From positions 13,330,001 through 13,394,000 of the forward strand of contig NC_092674.1 of NCBI RefSeq assembly GCF_964355755.1: 64,000 nucleotides of DNA, in the 5' to 3' direction. The notes beneath the pieces were generated by a model. The model ran no database searches. It saw only the letters and a list, made by a program, of their open reading frames with translations, and was not told where the DNA came from. The DNA comes from Antedon mediterranea. Its lineage: Eukaryota > Animalia > Echinodermata. This document shows, piece by piece, positions 1 through 13,775 of the stretch. The position numbers were made by a program, and so were the translations under genes. Positions within the stretch are counted from its first letter, which is position 1; each line of letters starts with the position of its first letter.

Positions 1-933
1 ATGCATAAAAAAGCGCAGTGTCGTCTGCATAGAGGACTGTTTTACAAATCCCATCAACACTATCATGTAAATCATTTATGTATAAAATAAACAACAAAGG
101 GCCAAGAATTGAGCCTTGTGGTACCCCATAGTTGACATTTAAAATTTCAGATTTTTTTCCATTAAAATTAACAAATTGTTTGCGATTTTTTAAATAATTA
201 CTGAACCATGCAAGCTCAGTGTTTATCATTCCAAAGGTGCATAATTTACGTAATAAAATATCGTGGTCTACCGTATCAAACGCCTTTTTTAGGTCAAGAA
301 AAATTGCTCCAGTTACCAAGCCATTATCAATATTTTTATATATATAATTGCATACATCTATCAGTGTAGTAGAAGTTGAATGTAACGACCTAAAACCAGA
401 TTGATTTTTACATAATAAATTAAACTCATTTATATGATTCATAACTTGATTATGGATGCATCTTTCAAAAACTTTCATAACAATAGGTATAACAGATATT
501 GGACGGTAGTTGTTAAGTTTATGTTTACATCCTCCTTTATAAAGCGGAGTAACCTTAGCACATTTCCATTCACTTGGAATAACACCAGATCTTAATGACC
601 AGTTAAACAAAAAGGCAAGACTTTGAGAAATTTGTGAAGATGCAATTTTAAGTAACCTAGCGGAAATCCCATCAATTCCAGTAGCTTTTCCAATTTCTAA
701 CTTTTCCAACAAAGCTTCAATTTCATTTTCATTAATATCTTTAAAGTTGAAACGTTGTTGAAATTGTGATAACGATTCAACGGTAATATCGTTTTGGTTG
801 TCATTAAAATGGGATGCAAGTTCATTAGAAATTGAACAAAAATATTTATTAAAATGATTAGCAATATCAGTTGGATTGTTTATTTCATTACCGTTTACAT
901 TGAGAGTTGTTTTAGTTTGTTTCTTTTTACTGC
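1..933 (-). mobile_element. 5'-truncated LINE (CR1/L2 group) reverse-transcriptase region inserted into BEL/Pao gag; continues off the left edge
   Basis: Minus-strand translation gives [39 protein letters not shown] and LYADDT RT motifs; junction with gag at about 931-934. Confidence 0.9.
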
Positions 934-3115
934 CTTATTTGTCAAAAAGACAGCAAATTGCGCAAAGGATGGACTTATTTGATTCTTTTGACACGAAGCC
1001 ACTATCCCTCTCCATTTGGTCTCAATGTAAACTGGCAACTTATTAAGAATCTTGCAATTCTCCGCAGAGTAGTTAAGTATGCCTAAATCTGGGATTGTGG
1101 CCTGAGCAGCTACAATTTCATTGATGTAGTCAGAAAAGTCGCGTAACCCTACGTGATATCTTCCATTAATCTTGGGCCAGGAATCCAACTTCTTCAGGAA
1201 TGCCTGTGCTAAAACGGAGCTGTGACCATAACTATTGCGCAACTCTTGCCTAGCCTTCAAGTACGCATTTTCCGTTCCAAGTAACAAGTAGTTCTCCACC
1301 AAGCTTTTTGGTTTACCATCCAGATGTTGTCTTAGCAGATACAATTTTTCATTAACTGAGACCGCCTTACATTCTATCAAGGAAGAGAATGCTGCTTCCC
1401 ACGTAGGAAACTTCAGTGGGTTTCCATCAAATTTCTCCACTACAACAGGCGGTAGCTTAAATGAATCGGTAAGTTGACGTAAAATGTTAGTGTCATAAAT
1501 GGATACTTGATCTGGTCGCACATCAGCTGCAGGCACACCTACAGTAGACGACTGAATAGATACTACAGGTACACTCTTAGATGATGATATAGAAGTTGTG
1601 TTAATTGATGAAGTATATAGATACGTCGAAGGTGTAGGCCTACTGCCAGATGACACACACACCGGAACAGGAAGGTAAGTCATTGGTACATTCACTGGTG
1701 CTGCACTAAATGGCACCTAAGTACTAGGTACTTCTGACGACGCACGAATTGGAACGTAATTTGACGTGGGATGTATACTCACTGATGCTGTACAAACTGG
1801 TAAGTAATTCACAGGTACACCAACTGACGACGCACTAGTAACGTAAGTTGACGTCGCACACACAGGCACGTAGGTAGAGGTGTAAATTGGAACGTACAGT
1901 GATGGTACATTAGCATAAATTGAACTTGCAGGAACTGTGTACGCCTGAGAAGCTGTTGAATTAATATTAAAGTTAGTTGCAGGCATTGTACTAGAAGCAA
2001 TAATATTTGGGACCTTGGTAACAGTAGTGTTGCGTACCTCTGCAAATGATAATGGTTGGTTAATGTTAGTGGAAATAATATGGGTGGAAGTGTCTATTGC
2101 CGACTTTGCAATATAAGTAGAAGTAGAAGTGGCAGAGGTACGTACAGTCACACTCGTGGTTGTAGATACATTTGAGGAAGGAATAGTAAATTGAGCTGAT
2201 TCTGCAACAGATTTAGATCTTGCCACAACTGCTGTTGGTTCACCAACCGCCTTTGGTAGATCATCAAGGAATTTCTGCAACCCAAGAGGAATGTAATCAT
2301 CGTCATCGCCACTGCGATGCCTGTGAGTCATCACTCACTACATCCTCCTCACGCAAGACATCTATTCTAGCTTCCATCTTTGCTAACTCCTTCTGTTGCT
2401 CAATCAAAGAATTCTCAAACTCAATTTCTAACATCTTCTCCTCCATCTTAAATTTATGTTCTGCCGCTTCACGTTCAACCTTAAATTTATGTTCTGCCGC
2501 TTCACGTTCAACCTTAAGTTTATGTTCTTTAAGTTTGTGTTCCATTCCACTAAATTCTAATTCAGCTTTCAATTCTGTCCTTTTGGCTTCTTCGAGAACT
2601 CTTAAGTGTTCCCTTTTTGCACTTGACGAAGATCTCCGGGAAGTAGAAGAAGCATTAGATGAAGGTTTCGACTTCCGAAACGAATGTCTTGATGAATGAG
2701 AGTGATGTGAAGAATGTTGTGTTGAGTGCCTAGAGGAATTACTTTTCACTGAACGACATGGTTTCCCACTAGCTTGTACATTACCAGATGTATCTACACC
2801 TAGATTCTCAGCTTCGGCAACTTGACCTCGTCGATGCAGATCTTTTGTCACTTCATTATGCGACAACTGCAACATATTAGTGTATTCTTCTCTTTCAACA
2901 ACATTCAAAAGTGGACATAGCTCTGAGTATACTTCACGTAGTATTATCTCCTGGTCTACCATGTCACTTATGATACCCTCATTTGGTTCTACGGCATCAC
3001 TCACAGCGTCTATAAGTCTGTGCAACCGCCTCCTTTCACTAGTAAAGGCCCTAATCTTCACATCACGATTATATTCGAGACCCTTCTCAGTTAACGTTCT
3101 CTCTCTTTTCTCCAT
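934..3115 (-). mobile_element. BEL/Pao LTR-retrotransposon gag (DUF1759-like), disrupted
   Basis: Three collinear ORFs (2303-3115, 1717-2334, 895-1716) joined by a frameshift near 2320 and an in-frame TAG at 1717-1719. Contains the FDGNPLKFPTWEAAFSSLIE..EKLYLLRQHL motif, S-rich and coiled-coil N-terminus typical of BEL/Pao gag. Confidence 0.85.
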
Positions 3116-3146
3116 AATTATTACTATATAATTATTTTTCTTTTAC

Positions 3147-3638
3147 TTTAATTGGATCTACCAATTAGGTCAGCTGCTGTTGATTCCTTGTTTTAATGTA
3201 CGCAGCTCTCACAACATACAGAAATTAAAAGAGTAAAATTAATGTTTAAAGTACTTCTTTTAATATGCACCATCCACAATAATGTCAACATTTGCAAAGT
3301 AATTCCAAAACAAAGTAAAATCCCAGAGATATCCAATATTAATAAAGTGTAAATAATAAACTGTAGAGCTAGAGCTGGTAAAAGAAAAATAATGGCTGCT
3401 GTGCACTTGCACAGACCTGTACCCTTGCACAGGCAAACAACAACTGAACAGAACAAAAGAAAATTAGGACAAAGGAAAACAAAGGAGAAACAGCACACTG
3501 TGCACACTTGGAAAATAATATGTAAATGAGAATGCAAATAAGAAAGTAACAGAATAAATGAATATTCATAGGGCAGAAACTTCTATAATAATAGGAAATA
3601 AAGTAATATAAAATAAATACATGCACTCTGCAGTAACA
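3147..3638 (-). repeat. Probable 5' LTR of the BEL/Pao element
   Basis: Starts TGTTACTG on the minus strand at 3638, has ATTAAA near its 3' end, and is followed by GTAAAAG and then the gag ATG at 3115. The second LTR is not in the window and the 3' boundary is uncertain. Confidence 0.45.
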
Positions 3639-3904
3639 ATCAAATACCTCAATTTGTTTGAAATCTATTTTTTGCGATCATTGATTGTCTTCAATTTTTA
3701 ATATTGGTTCTGATTTTTAAACCATCTTGAGAACAATGTGAGCAGAGTTTGGATTTGATTTACGCATTATCTTTATGAGCTTAATTGTTGAAGAATCACG
3801 TACAGCTATTACTGCATCGGAAAATTTTGCATATTAAAGTTTAACTAAAATACACCATAGTACCCTGTGTTATCGGAGAAATATTCGGGAAAATATTACA
3901 CACC

Positions 3905-6100
3905 TGTAAGTTTAAGTGCGCAATCATATTGCTTATAATAACTTTGGAAGCACGCTTCGGTATTGCCAATCGCAATGGTTTAGAGCAGGACGCCAAACTG
4001 TAGGATATAGCTTTAGGATTGGGTGCAGGTAGTGGTGGTAACTGCTGTAACATCAACAGGGCTTAATGTTAACGAGAACACGGGGTAACGACACATTTAT
4101 CAAGAAAGATGCTCTTGATCATCATTTTTTAAATACGATGTATTTATAATTATATGGACCTCAACAAAATCCATCTAAAGTACCAGCAGCATTGGTTGAC
4201 AAACCCTTAATCTTTGGTCACATACTGACCGTCATAAAGCTTTATAACCAGTCACATCAATGAGGAACTTAATTACACACTCCATTGTTTGCAAACTGGT
4301 AAGTAATACAACCCAACAACACTGTCATGATGTAATTAGGAAAAGAATGTTTCAATAAAAATACATACAGGAGCTATTTTGGCTTGGTATTATGTACAAA
4401 AGCCCTAGAAAACATCTTATTTTATTGTTTTAGTTTTCTTCAGAAATATAACTTTTGATTTCATATTTTAAACACGATATTTGTATTCGAGTATTATAAT
4501 ACAGTATGTATAATTTTTCAATACAGGTAGTTTTTTTTTTGTGTCTACTTGCTTAATTTCTGTTGCAAAACGCTGTGATGGAAATGTTGCTTTCCACGTA
4601 AACGTACAATAAGTGCAGATAATATTAGAGAGGTTTCGCAATCTTAGGAATACGATAACGAAAACCTGCTGGAGTTTTGGAAAACCAAGAATGCGTACAA
4701 AAAAATGATGCTTCAACATGCTTATACGTGGGCTGAAGACAAACTTTTAGTCCTAAATTGAATTGGCTTATTTTTATTATAATTTATAGTTTACTTAAAG
4801 TTATTATTTACACAATAAGTGAAAATATTTTGCTAACAAATTATGATTACGTTATTGTGAACCTTTTGTTATCGTTAAATTTATAAACACAGTTCAACAA
4901 TTGTTAACACGTATTTTATTCCTATTCATGTCAATCGAATTTCATTAAACTAAAATGTTTCGATTTACCCTTTTTCTACCAAATCGGAATTGGAAAACCT
5001 TATTCTTGATGGTAATAATTATTATGTATGTATTATTACACTGTATAATCGATGAAGGAAACATTCATGTGTAAATATACAACAAAAATATATATATATA
5101 TATATATATTCTCATCCGTTAAGTTTATCATTTATTCAGTGTATGGCTTCACTGGTAATTGTCTTAAAATAAGTGCAAAGTACAACAATTTAGACAAAAC
5201 AGTACGGTATTCAGTACATTCAGTTCCTCAATAACTGTTACGGAGCCTATTTGTACAAAAGATGGTGGACCGCTAACGTACACCTTAAACACAGAATGGA
5301 TCTTTTTTTCATTTTTGGAGGAGATGGTAATAACAGTCCGTCGTCGTTTCAGCAAAGATATCTCCGAGTTGGAATAAGAAACAACAAAACATATCCATCT
5401 AGTGCACTGTTTTACGATGAAGTTATGTGGAGAAACCACTGTGATCTACTGTAGCTAAAGTAACCGATATTAGCTTCGATGATTCACTATGGCAAGAAGC
5501 ATTACTGTTTTTGATGATCAACTTTAGATAGCATGGTAACCAACGTGGTGATGTTGCAACATGTTAAGATGCATAGCCCTTAATGATTTATATGAAGTAG
5601 GATTTTTTAAAAAGAAATACTTCAATAAATAGTCATAATACTGTAGGTTGAAGCCTTGCAAGTACCAACACAAAGCGTTACTGGAATTCATCAAATCCAC
5701 AAGATATAATAACAGAAATTTAATGTATGAAAATGAAATGTGAACGAAATTTGTATGAAAGAATGAATAAAGGTGGTGGTTAACCACAAAAGAGAAAAAA
5801 AAAAGATATAATAATGTTTGGAGTATCAATCTTGACTTCAACTGATGGATGTGCTGTCTATAACGCAAAAGCTAAATAGACCTATCATCCAACGTCATCT
5901 CTAAAGTGAAACTATTTGCCAATTATTGCATTCATAACACAATTCCAAGTACTGAAGACGTTGGAAATTGCAAACAGACTTTGTAAGTGAACGAGAAAAA
6001 GGTGTTAAAATGCTACTAAATGCTTCTCCGTGAGAGTTAAACACAGGAAGACACCAATCATATACGAACACCATCCTTTCTAGTATTTGAACTCAGTCAA
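3905..6100 (+). pseudogene. Possible decayed two-exon protein-coding gene of unknown family
   Basis: Hydrophobic signal-like stretch (KFKCAIILLIITLEARFG). Donor ACTG|GTAAGT near 4298 is phase-compatible with acceptor TTCAG| near 5139. Removing 5 nt of TACGGTA at 5203-5209 joins reading frames; many stops remain. Confidence 0.25.
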
Positions 6101-6105
6101 GTTAG

Positions 6106-9100
6106 ATTCAATTCAATTCAATTCATCGACATTTTTATTCCATAATCAAAATAAAAACATATACAAATACAATACAAATAATAAGATAATGGAATGGGAT
6201 ACAAAATAAGCACAAGTGCTTTAAGCATGTAACCCTAACAAAAAGATCAAACAATTAGTACAAACAAAAAGAACAAACCAAAATAACATAATGTGATTTA
6301 CTTAACTTAAATATTTCTATTGTTATAATATTGTTTTAATCTCTGTTTAAACAAACTTAAAGTGGGGGATTGTTTTATATAGTCTGTTAAATTGTTCCAA
6401 ATATGTGTTCCTTGGTAGGAAATACATTGCTGTCCGACTTTGGTGCGTTTTAGTTGTGGACAGTAGTTTGACCTGTTTCTAGTTGAGTAATTATGGAATG
6501 AGGCAGATGTACTAAATAAGTTATTAAATGATTCAGGTAATAGATTATGTTTATATTGATACATAAATATAGCAGTGTGTTTCGTATAAAGGTCAAAAAT
6601 ATTTAATGTTTGGGTTGAAATAAAAAGTGGATGAGAAGGATGCATAAAATGAACATGACAAATATTTCTAAGTGCTTTTTTCTGGAGAATATGTATACGG
6701 TTTAAGTTTGTAGCAGAAGTAGCACCCCATACTGTGATAGCATACGTTATTCTAGGTAATATAAGTGCATTGTATACCGTTAACAATATTTTACTTGATA
6801 ACATAGACTTCACTTTGTTTAAGACACCAATTATTCTAGAAATACTGTTTGCTACCTCATTTACATGAAAATTAAACGATAAAGTTTCATCCAGAAATAA
6901 GCCTAGAAATTTAACTTCAGTAGCTTTTACTATACATTCATTTCCCATCTTTAATTCTAGTGAGGTAGTGTCAGCTGACTTATTTCTAGCCTTAAATATA
7001 ACATATTTTGATTTGTTTACATTTAGCGTTAATTTGTTAGCAATAAACCAGTCCGAAAGTATAGATAACTCCTGGTTCATTGTATCAAAAGCTTGAGTAA
7101 TATCATTGTGACTATAAAACACATTTGTGTCATCTGCATACATAATCATGTCTACATGGTTACATGCTAGACTAATATCATTAATGAATATAAGAAATAA
7201 TAATGGACCCAATATGGATCCCTGAGGAACTCCAGTGTTTACTGTCATTTTACTAGATGCAGTATTAACAATAAATGTGTATTGTAGTCTTTTTTTAAGA
7301 TAGTTTGAGAACCAGTTTAGCGGAACTCCTCTTATACCATAAAATCTTAACTTATCTAATAATATATCATGATCGATTGTATCAAACGCTTTTGATAAAT
7401 CAAGGAAAACTCCTAGTGTGAACTCTTTATTCTCAATAGCGTTTGTGATTTTTTCAATCGATTGTATTAAAGCATGACTAGTTGAATGGTGTTGTCTAAA
7501 TCCATACTGTGTTTTACTCAGTACGTTATATTTTGAGAGGTAACAAATCGTTTGATAATACACAATCCTCTCAAATATTTTGGAAAAAAAGGGTAAAATG
7601 GAAATAGGCCGATAATTATTTATATCGGAGATGTCACCATTCTTAAATACCGGGATAACTTTAGCAATTTTTATATCAGCCGGGACACAGCCCGATGATA
7701 ATGACGTATTAATAATATGCAATAAAGGTTTTAAAATAAACGGGGAAGCAGATTTTATGAGTTGGGCACTTATACCATCATGGCCAGGAGAAGTATTCTT
7801 TGTGTTTTTAATATAGTGGTTAAGTTCATGTTCAGTAACAGGTTTAAAAAACATTGAAGAGGTAAAATTTCCCTTTAAGAAAGTTCTGTGGGTGATTTCT
7901 TCATTTTGAGATTCATGCCTAAATTTATTATTTAGTTTTTCTCCAATATTAATAAAAAAAGAGTTGAATGCATCAGCTTTCTCATCATTATCAGAGAAAG
8001 TCTCAGTACCCAATTTTATTTTTGTAGGCAAATTGGTAGTCTTTTTCCTACCCATTATATCATTTAGGATTGTCCACGTTTTTTTAATATCTTGTTTATT
8101 TCGTTCAAACTGGACCATATAATATTCTTTTTTCCGATTTCTAATAGTAGTGGTTAACTTGTTTCTAAAATGTATGTACGTACTTTTATTAGTAGTGGTG
8201 TTATTTTGTTTGTACTTTTTATATAATTTATGTTTTTGAGAGATAGCTCTGGCAATTTCAGCAGTGATCCAAGGAGATTTTAACTTGTTCGCCTTATTTC
8301 TAATTCGTTTTAAAGGGAAACAATTATCAATTGTTTTATTTAAAGTGTTTGTAAAATTTTGATAAGCAACATTCGCATTATTTGAGAATAGCACATCATT
8401 CCACTGATTACTTTGTAATTCTTGCAAAAAATACTCCGTTTGTTGAGGAGAGTATTGTCGTTTATATACAAATCGAGGATATTGCTTATTATGTTTTTCC
8501 AAAGTATCTACACAGAATATTGGGAAGTGATCAGAAATATCAGTAATAAGTATTCCACTTTTAAGGGACGTAGTAAAAGAATCGATGTTGCAATAAATGT
8601 TATCAATTATTGAAGCACAATTATCGGATATTCTAGTAGGACTTTTTATGATTGGCTGAAATGACTGAGAAAATATTGTGTCTAAGTGTGATTGGATAGT
8701 GTTGTCGGTAGATTGTTGGAGTAAGTTTATGTTATAGTCTCCCACAAGGTAAGCTTTCTTTTTTTCTAGATTAATCATTTGCATTACACATGTTAATTCA
8801 TCATCAAACTTTTGCAAGGAACGTGAGGGTGGTCTATAAACTATACCACAAATAACATTATTTCCTGATTCTAACTCAATCTCAATAAAAATAGTCTCTG
8901 CTTCAGTCATACAAGATGACAGATCATTTCTAATAATATATGTTAGTTTGTTGGTAACATAGAACGCTACCCCACCACCTCTCTTATCTTTCCTATCATT
9001 GTGAATCAAACTGTAGCCTGGTAACTGGTATAGATTAATATTATCTTTTTCGGTTAACCAGGTTTCACTGAAGGCAATGACGGAGAAGGCATGTACGAGT

Positions 9101-9273
9101 GAGTCTAAATAGTTTGAGATTAAGTCAAACTTATTAACAACACTACGACAGTTTAGTCCAAATATAGAAAAGTTTGATGATAAATTAGAATGTTCAAGTG
9201 AAGAAATTAAGTTATCTTCGTTAAAATATTCTGTGCTTACATTTACATTATCAAAAAGGTCACATTCAAACAT
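6106..9273 (-). mobile_element. LINE (CR1/L2/Crack group) with intact ORF2, 3' UTR hairpin and (TTGAA)n tail
   Basis: ORF 6307-9273; (TTGAA)n tail at 6106-6125; absent from the paralogous site near 26275. Confidence 0.93.
6307..9273 (-). CDS. LINE ORF2: APE endonuclease plus reverse transcriptase, 988 aa, uninterrupted
   Basis: NCRS, SETWL, GGGV, YRPP, GDYNI, SDHFP endonuclease motifs; [33 protein letters not shown] motifs. Confidence 0.95.
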   Translation of the reverse strand: MFECDLFDNVNVSTEYFNEDNLISSLEHSNLSSNFSIFGLNCRSVVNKFDLISNYLDSLVHAFSVIAFSETWLTEKDNINLYQLPGYSLIHNDRKDKRGGGVAFYVTNKLTYIIRNDLSSCMTEAETIFIEIELESGNNVICGIVYRPPSRSLQKFDDELTCVMQMINLEKKKAYLVGDYNINLLQQSTDNTIQSHLDTIFSQSFQPIIKSPTRISDNCASIIDNIYCNIDSFTTSLKSGILITDISDHFPIFCVDTLEKHNKQYPRFVYKRQYSPQQTEYFLQELQSNQWNDVLFSNNANVAYQNFTNTLNKTIDNCFPLKRIRNKANKLKSPWITAEIARAISQKHKLYKKYKQNNTTTNKSTYIHFRNKLTTTIRNRKKEYYMVQFERNKQDIKKTWTILNDIMGRKKTTNLPTKIKLGTETFSDNDEKADAFNSFFINIGEKLNNKFRHESQNEEITHRTFLKGNFTSSMFFKPVTEHELNHYIKNTKNTSPGHDGISAQLIKSASPFILKPLLHIINTSLSSGCVPADIKIAKVIPVFKNGDISDINNYRPISILPFFSKIFERIVYYQTICYLSKYNVLSKTQYGFRQHHSTSHALIQSIEKITNAIENKEFTLGVFLDLSKAFDTIDHDILLDKLRFYGIRGVPLNWFSNYLKKRLQYTFIVNTASSKMTVNTGVPQGSILGPLLFLIFINDISLACNHVDMIMYADDTNVFYSHNDITQAFDTMNQELSILSDWFIANKLTLNVNKSKYVIFKARNKSADTTSLELKMGNECIVKATEVKFLGLFLDETLSFNFHVNEVANSISRIIGVLNKVKSMLSSKILLTVYNALILPRITYAITVWGATSATNLNRIHILQKKALRNICHVHFMHPSHPLFISTQTLNIFDLYTKHTAIFMYQYKHNLLPESFNNLFSTSASFHNYSTRNRSNYCPQLKRTKVGQQCISYQGTHIWNNLTDYIKQSPTLSLFKQRLKQYYNNRNI

Positions 9274-10458
9274 TTAAATTAGACAGAAAAGGAAATGACA
9301 AATGAATAAAATTGAGCAAGCTGCTTACAGCAGAGAATAGTTAACACTATATAGCCTAAGTTAACAAGTATGTACAATAAATTACAATATATACAATGTA
9401 ATATGAATTGTTTTATCATGACATACCAACAACAACTAAACGACAGGCAGTGAAACAATAATGATGATCATGGACGCCAATTAAGTATTTGGTTAACTTA
9501 AAAGATTTTGATCAATCTAACTCACCGATGTCCAGAATGTATTATTATGGCAAGTTATCGTTACTCACTGGTAAGTCAAACATCGCCGGTAAACAGCTAC
9601 GTTGAAACGGTCTAGAACATGATGTCTCAATAACGGCGCTCACTTATTAATCACATCAGCCACTTAATGTTGTTATAATTTGTCATTATACATCACTAGT
9701 AAAGTACGGATAGTATAACTTAAATACATTTAGTTGTGTTGTGTTTCATTAAAACGATGTGTTTAACGTTTACGAGTTTGATCAACCCAGTAACTCATCG
9801 ATGAATTACCGGTAAACAACTACGTTGAAACTTACATCGTCAACAGCCACTTAATTGTTGTTGGTATTTCTCATTATGTAACACTATCGTCGCACACCTG
9901 CCGTGGGTCACATGAATTAAAGTTTGAATGGACAGAGATATCCAGAACATAACACTAACAGCCAGGTGCGCGACATAAACAAACAAACTTCGTTTATTTA
10001 CAATTTATAACGGTAGAAATACTAATACAACCCATATAAACTAAATCACCAATAAAGCAAACAGAATACTAAGATTGGACAACATAAATCTCTATAGTAC
10101 AATTGTAGTAGGAATATTAAACTATAGCGTATAACTATCTTATTCAACCTTTAAGCTTGAGTAATGTGTTGACGCTTGGCCAAATCACGAATCGGACATT
10201 TACATATCATGCTAATATTTGCAGCTAAACACATAGCACAATAATACGAGGATGCTTCGATGCAACCGTTAGCCTAACAGTTTTGTGATTTTACGAATTT
10301 TAGCACCGTGACCTCTGACTGCAGTTGATACAAATCGTTGCTCATTGTTTTATTTAGCTTAGATATTATCCTATTATATGCCTAGAAGAATAGGAGTTAG
10401 GCCATGTTATATTATATAGGCCAGGAACTTTGTCTGTGTTTTGTATGGTAAACACATA

Positions 10459-11269
10459 CGCCCGTATTCTTAAACCGGACTTTAGTCGTAGTTCGAGCTA
10501 AAACTTGATGAATGACATCATTTTAATTCATAAACAAAACTTCAACTAAATCTGCGACAAAATCAGGCCAACCTCGACTAAATCGAGACGGATTTTGATC
10601 GATGGGGCAGGCTAAATCGCCGACTAAATGGTATTTAATCGAGGTTTATAAAAAATATAACAGTCCTTGAGTTGTTATATTATTGGCCAGATATTGAAGA
10701 ATGAAATATCTATTTTTATATTAGTTGAATTAAATATGCATTGGTATAATGTTGATGCAAATCATGTTTATTTACAACCGTATACAAATTACATAAATTT
10801 CTTCACGCAAGTTCGCGATGGAACGTTTATAGCGTTTTCTTGTCACGCTATGAAGTACGTGATTCGTCGCGATCATACTTTGTTGGAGGCCTATAAAATA
10901 TGGAAGTTTTTGTTTGTTGTTACTGAAAAGTACTTTACTTTTAAATTAATACTGATCTTGTTTCTATAATAAACGATTAAGATTATTTTTCATGTATAGT
11001 CCTGATGCGTAAAAAGTTTTGTTATAACAAAATGGAAAGTGATATTAATGCGCAAAATTTCGTTATTTATCATTGGCCAATTTTAATTTATGATATTTTT
11101 TAAAATAGCCTTTGTTACCCAGACGTGTAAAACTCGACTAAAGCTCGACTTCATTAAGTCAAACTGCAAACTTCTTCTATTAATCGAATTTGAAGTATTA
11201 GCTCGAACTAGTAATGTTTGAAGTCGAAGTTCGAACTGCGATTAAATTTCGGTTTAAGAATAACGGGCG
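10459..11269. mobile_element. MITE with CGCCCGTATTCTTAAACCG TIRs, flanked by TA
   Basis: Inverted termini CGCCCGTATTCTTAAACCG...CGGTTTAAGAATAACGGGCG; paralog at 28512-29323. Confidence 0.75.
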
Positions 11270-13676
11270 TAAATGGCTATTTAAATTATATGGAGTAGGG
11301 AAATATATTATAAAGAGCGTTACCTTCGCAATAAGCAATTCAAAGTTTAATATTTTTAATGTGAACGTACCCCCCCCCCCCCCTCCCCAAATTCATCAAA
11401 TGTGCCATGACAAGGACAGTAATCGGTGATACCATACAAAGCACACATTTGGTTTTGATTAAATTTAATTCAATAGTTTGGAGTCATGTTATAACAAGTT
11501 CCTCTTTCGGATGTAATTTCCAGGGTTCAAATTGTATACGATTAATAATTCAACGTGTCTGTATTATTTGTTCATGTAGTCGACATGTATACTGTTGTAC
11601 ACAGTCTTGCTTACACTTATTTATTTACGCCTAAACTTCACTACAGTACAATAGAACCTCTCTTAATTTTCGAACACTCCTATTCAGGGAACGAGAACTC
11701 TGACTGCTAAAAGAAACAACACCACAAAAGCAAACAGGGATTAAGAACTATAACTAAGAAAAAAACAAAATCATAAAAGCAAATACAAAAAATGACTAAA
11801 TAATTATATTCATCATTATTAATACAAAACTTCGGTACTTTCTCTGGTTCGAAATTTGTTATTGGCTAATCGTTGGTTGCAAAATTTTCAATTCTTCTAG
11901 ATTTATTAAGTCAGTCCATATCAATTATTAGGAGACAATTTTCGAAAGGTGAGGTTCCAAAGGTGACCTTTTATTAGGTGTTCTTTGTATTCTATAACCA
12001 TCTGTGGGCGCGACCTAGATGGTACGCGAGCGAATTGAGCAATGCATCTAGTATTATTAAATATCGTCAACAAAATGATAATGTTACTACTGGACAAGTG
12101 GTGGTCAATACAAACATAATAATAACCACCAAATAAAATTGTTATTATTGTTACTCACTCTACCCAAAGACAATTCCTTATAAACGAATCGTATAGAGCA
12201 AAAGACAAGCAATGCACCAAACGTTGCCACTTTTAAGAATAAATTGAACACCATTAACAATTAATTTCGTAAAAGCATATTTTGTCATTAATTATCCCTT
12301 TTTTTTAATTGTTTGCTCTTTTTGGAAGTCAACAATACTAATACAGATATATGTAACTTGTATTATCATATTTTTGTGACGTCGTTTGTGGTACACAATA
12401 CTTAGTTGCATATTTTCCACCTGTGGGTTGGTTTAGATAGACGAGGTATTTATAAAAGAAAAAGTGAGGTTGTGCACAACGAATGAATAAAGTGAACGGT
12501 ACCAAGTAAGATGTGTTGTGTATTTATATTCTAAGCATAACAGTATAAGCACTTTATTACTTGTCTCGCTGTTTGCGTTTTTTCACGTTCGAACACGGTA
12601 TCGTTGACCTAAACGCAACTCTATTACTGTTCGCCGAGTGTCGCATTGATTGCAACTCACTGCGTTGATTGCAAGGTAGCGAACGCCGCCAAGATAATGT
12701 AATGTATATTTGCGCAAAGTTGATACAAGTCAGTCTGTGGAGCACATGCCAAGGAAGTTAATAATTAATCTTTTCTTTGTTGTTTTAACCTTTTGAATTT
12801 ATAAATTACATTCAATTATCGTACGAAGGAAGACAAATTAAATCCACCACTTTTAAACAAGCTGATTTGAGCAGAGGCAAATCCTAAATTATCAATTTGT
12901 TATGGAATTAAACCCGACAAATCGTTTTAAAACTGGTGTTTTAACATGTGTGTGGTTACATTATAAAATGATAGTGGGAATTAAACCGACTACATTTTCG
13001 TCGCAACAGTGATTACCGTAATTGTTGTAAAGAGAGAGGGTGCGAAATTGATAGACTAGCTTTTTGTACTTGGCATGCTCTCATCCTTGTTCTTCTAATT
13101 CATTTATTCGTTTTAAAAATTAAAAAAAAACATTTTTTGTTTAGTTCACGCAAGTTTTACCATTGAAATCTTACCTTTTAATGTATATCTCAATTATAAC
13201 AATTTTATATATGTTTTTTTTTTTTACAAAATTGCTTCAATCGAGTTAATTTTTTTACTGAACCTTTTGAATTGGCGAGTTATGAATGTTTGCATACCGT
13301 ATGTTGTACCGCGATGGTAAGACTCGCATAAAAATTAATAATATTACAAGTAATAAATATTAATTTATAAAGATTAAACAAGTTATTACAAAGAGTGACA
13401 TCAATATTGTTACAAAACCTTGGTTAATATGACTTTCCAATGTCAAGATTAACCATGACGAGGCAGCAGTGTTCCGAACCATGTGAGGGATAAACCGTGC
13501 AGTTCTCGACAATTTAGTCATCCTCGCCACAAAAAATGGTCTGTAATATGACCCGCGATGATCTTGCTTCATTTAAGTATGTTATTATTTGCACGCCCTT
13601 TAAATTGCAAAATTAAACACTTTTTTAAATCACACTGAATTATATAGCACATATTATGTATGTGTGTAATACTTAC

Positions 13677-13775
13677 TTTGGTCTGAAGATCCAATTTAGC
13701 ACCTTCCTTGAGCAAAATGGAGCAAACATCTGTGTGGCCGTTTTCTGCAGCCCCATATAAAGGTGACGCTCCATT
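13677..13775 (-). CDS. Ankyrin-repeat exon, 99 bp, phase 0-0 (NGASPLYGAAENGHTDVCSILLKEGAKLDLQTK)
   Basis: Exactly 33 codons matching the ankyrin consensus, flanked by TTTCAG acceptor and GTAAGT donor. Confidence 0.9.

Larger units (their letters stand above)
5401..13295 (+). repeat. Segmental duplication, copy A (paralog of 25690-31240)
   Basis: Collinear near-identity to 25690-31240 outside insertions; an extra shared island at 4470-4600 matches 23245-23368. Confidence 0.92.

Noticed and set aside
1717-2334. Mucin-like host gene or programmed read-through ORF
   Set aside because: Collinear low-complexity part of BEL/Pao gag; the stop and frameshift are more simply decay in an element already broken by a LINE
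2220-2699. Antisense ORFs over gag and LINE coding regions (also 51671-53173, 59053-59661)
   Set aside because: Shadow ORFs of coding sequence on the opposite strand
9885-10027. Solo LTR fragment with a short inverted repeat
   Set aside because: No TG..CA pair with a TSD could be established
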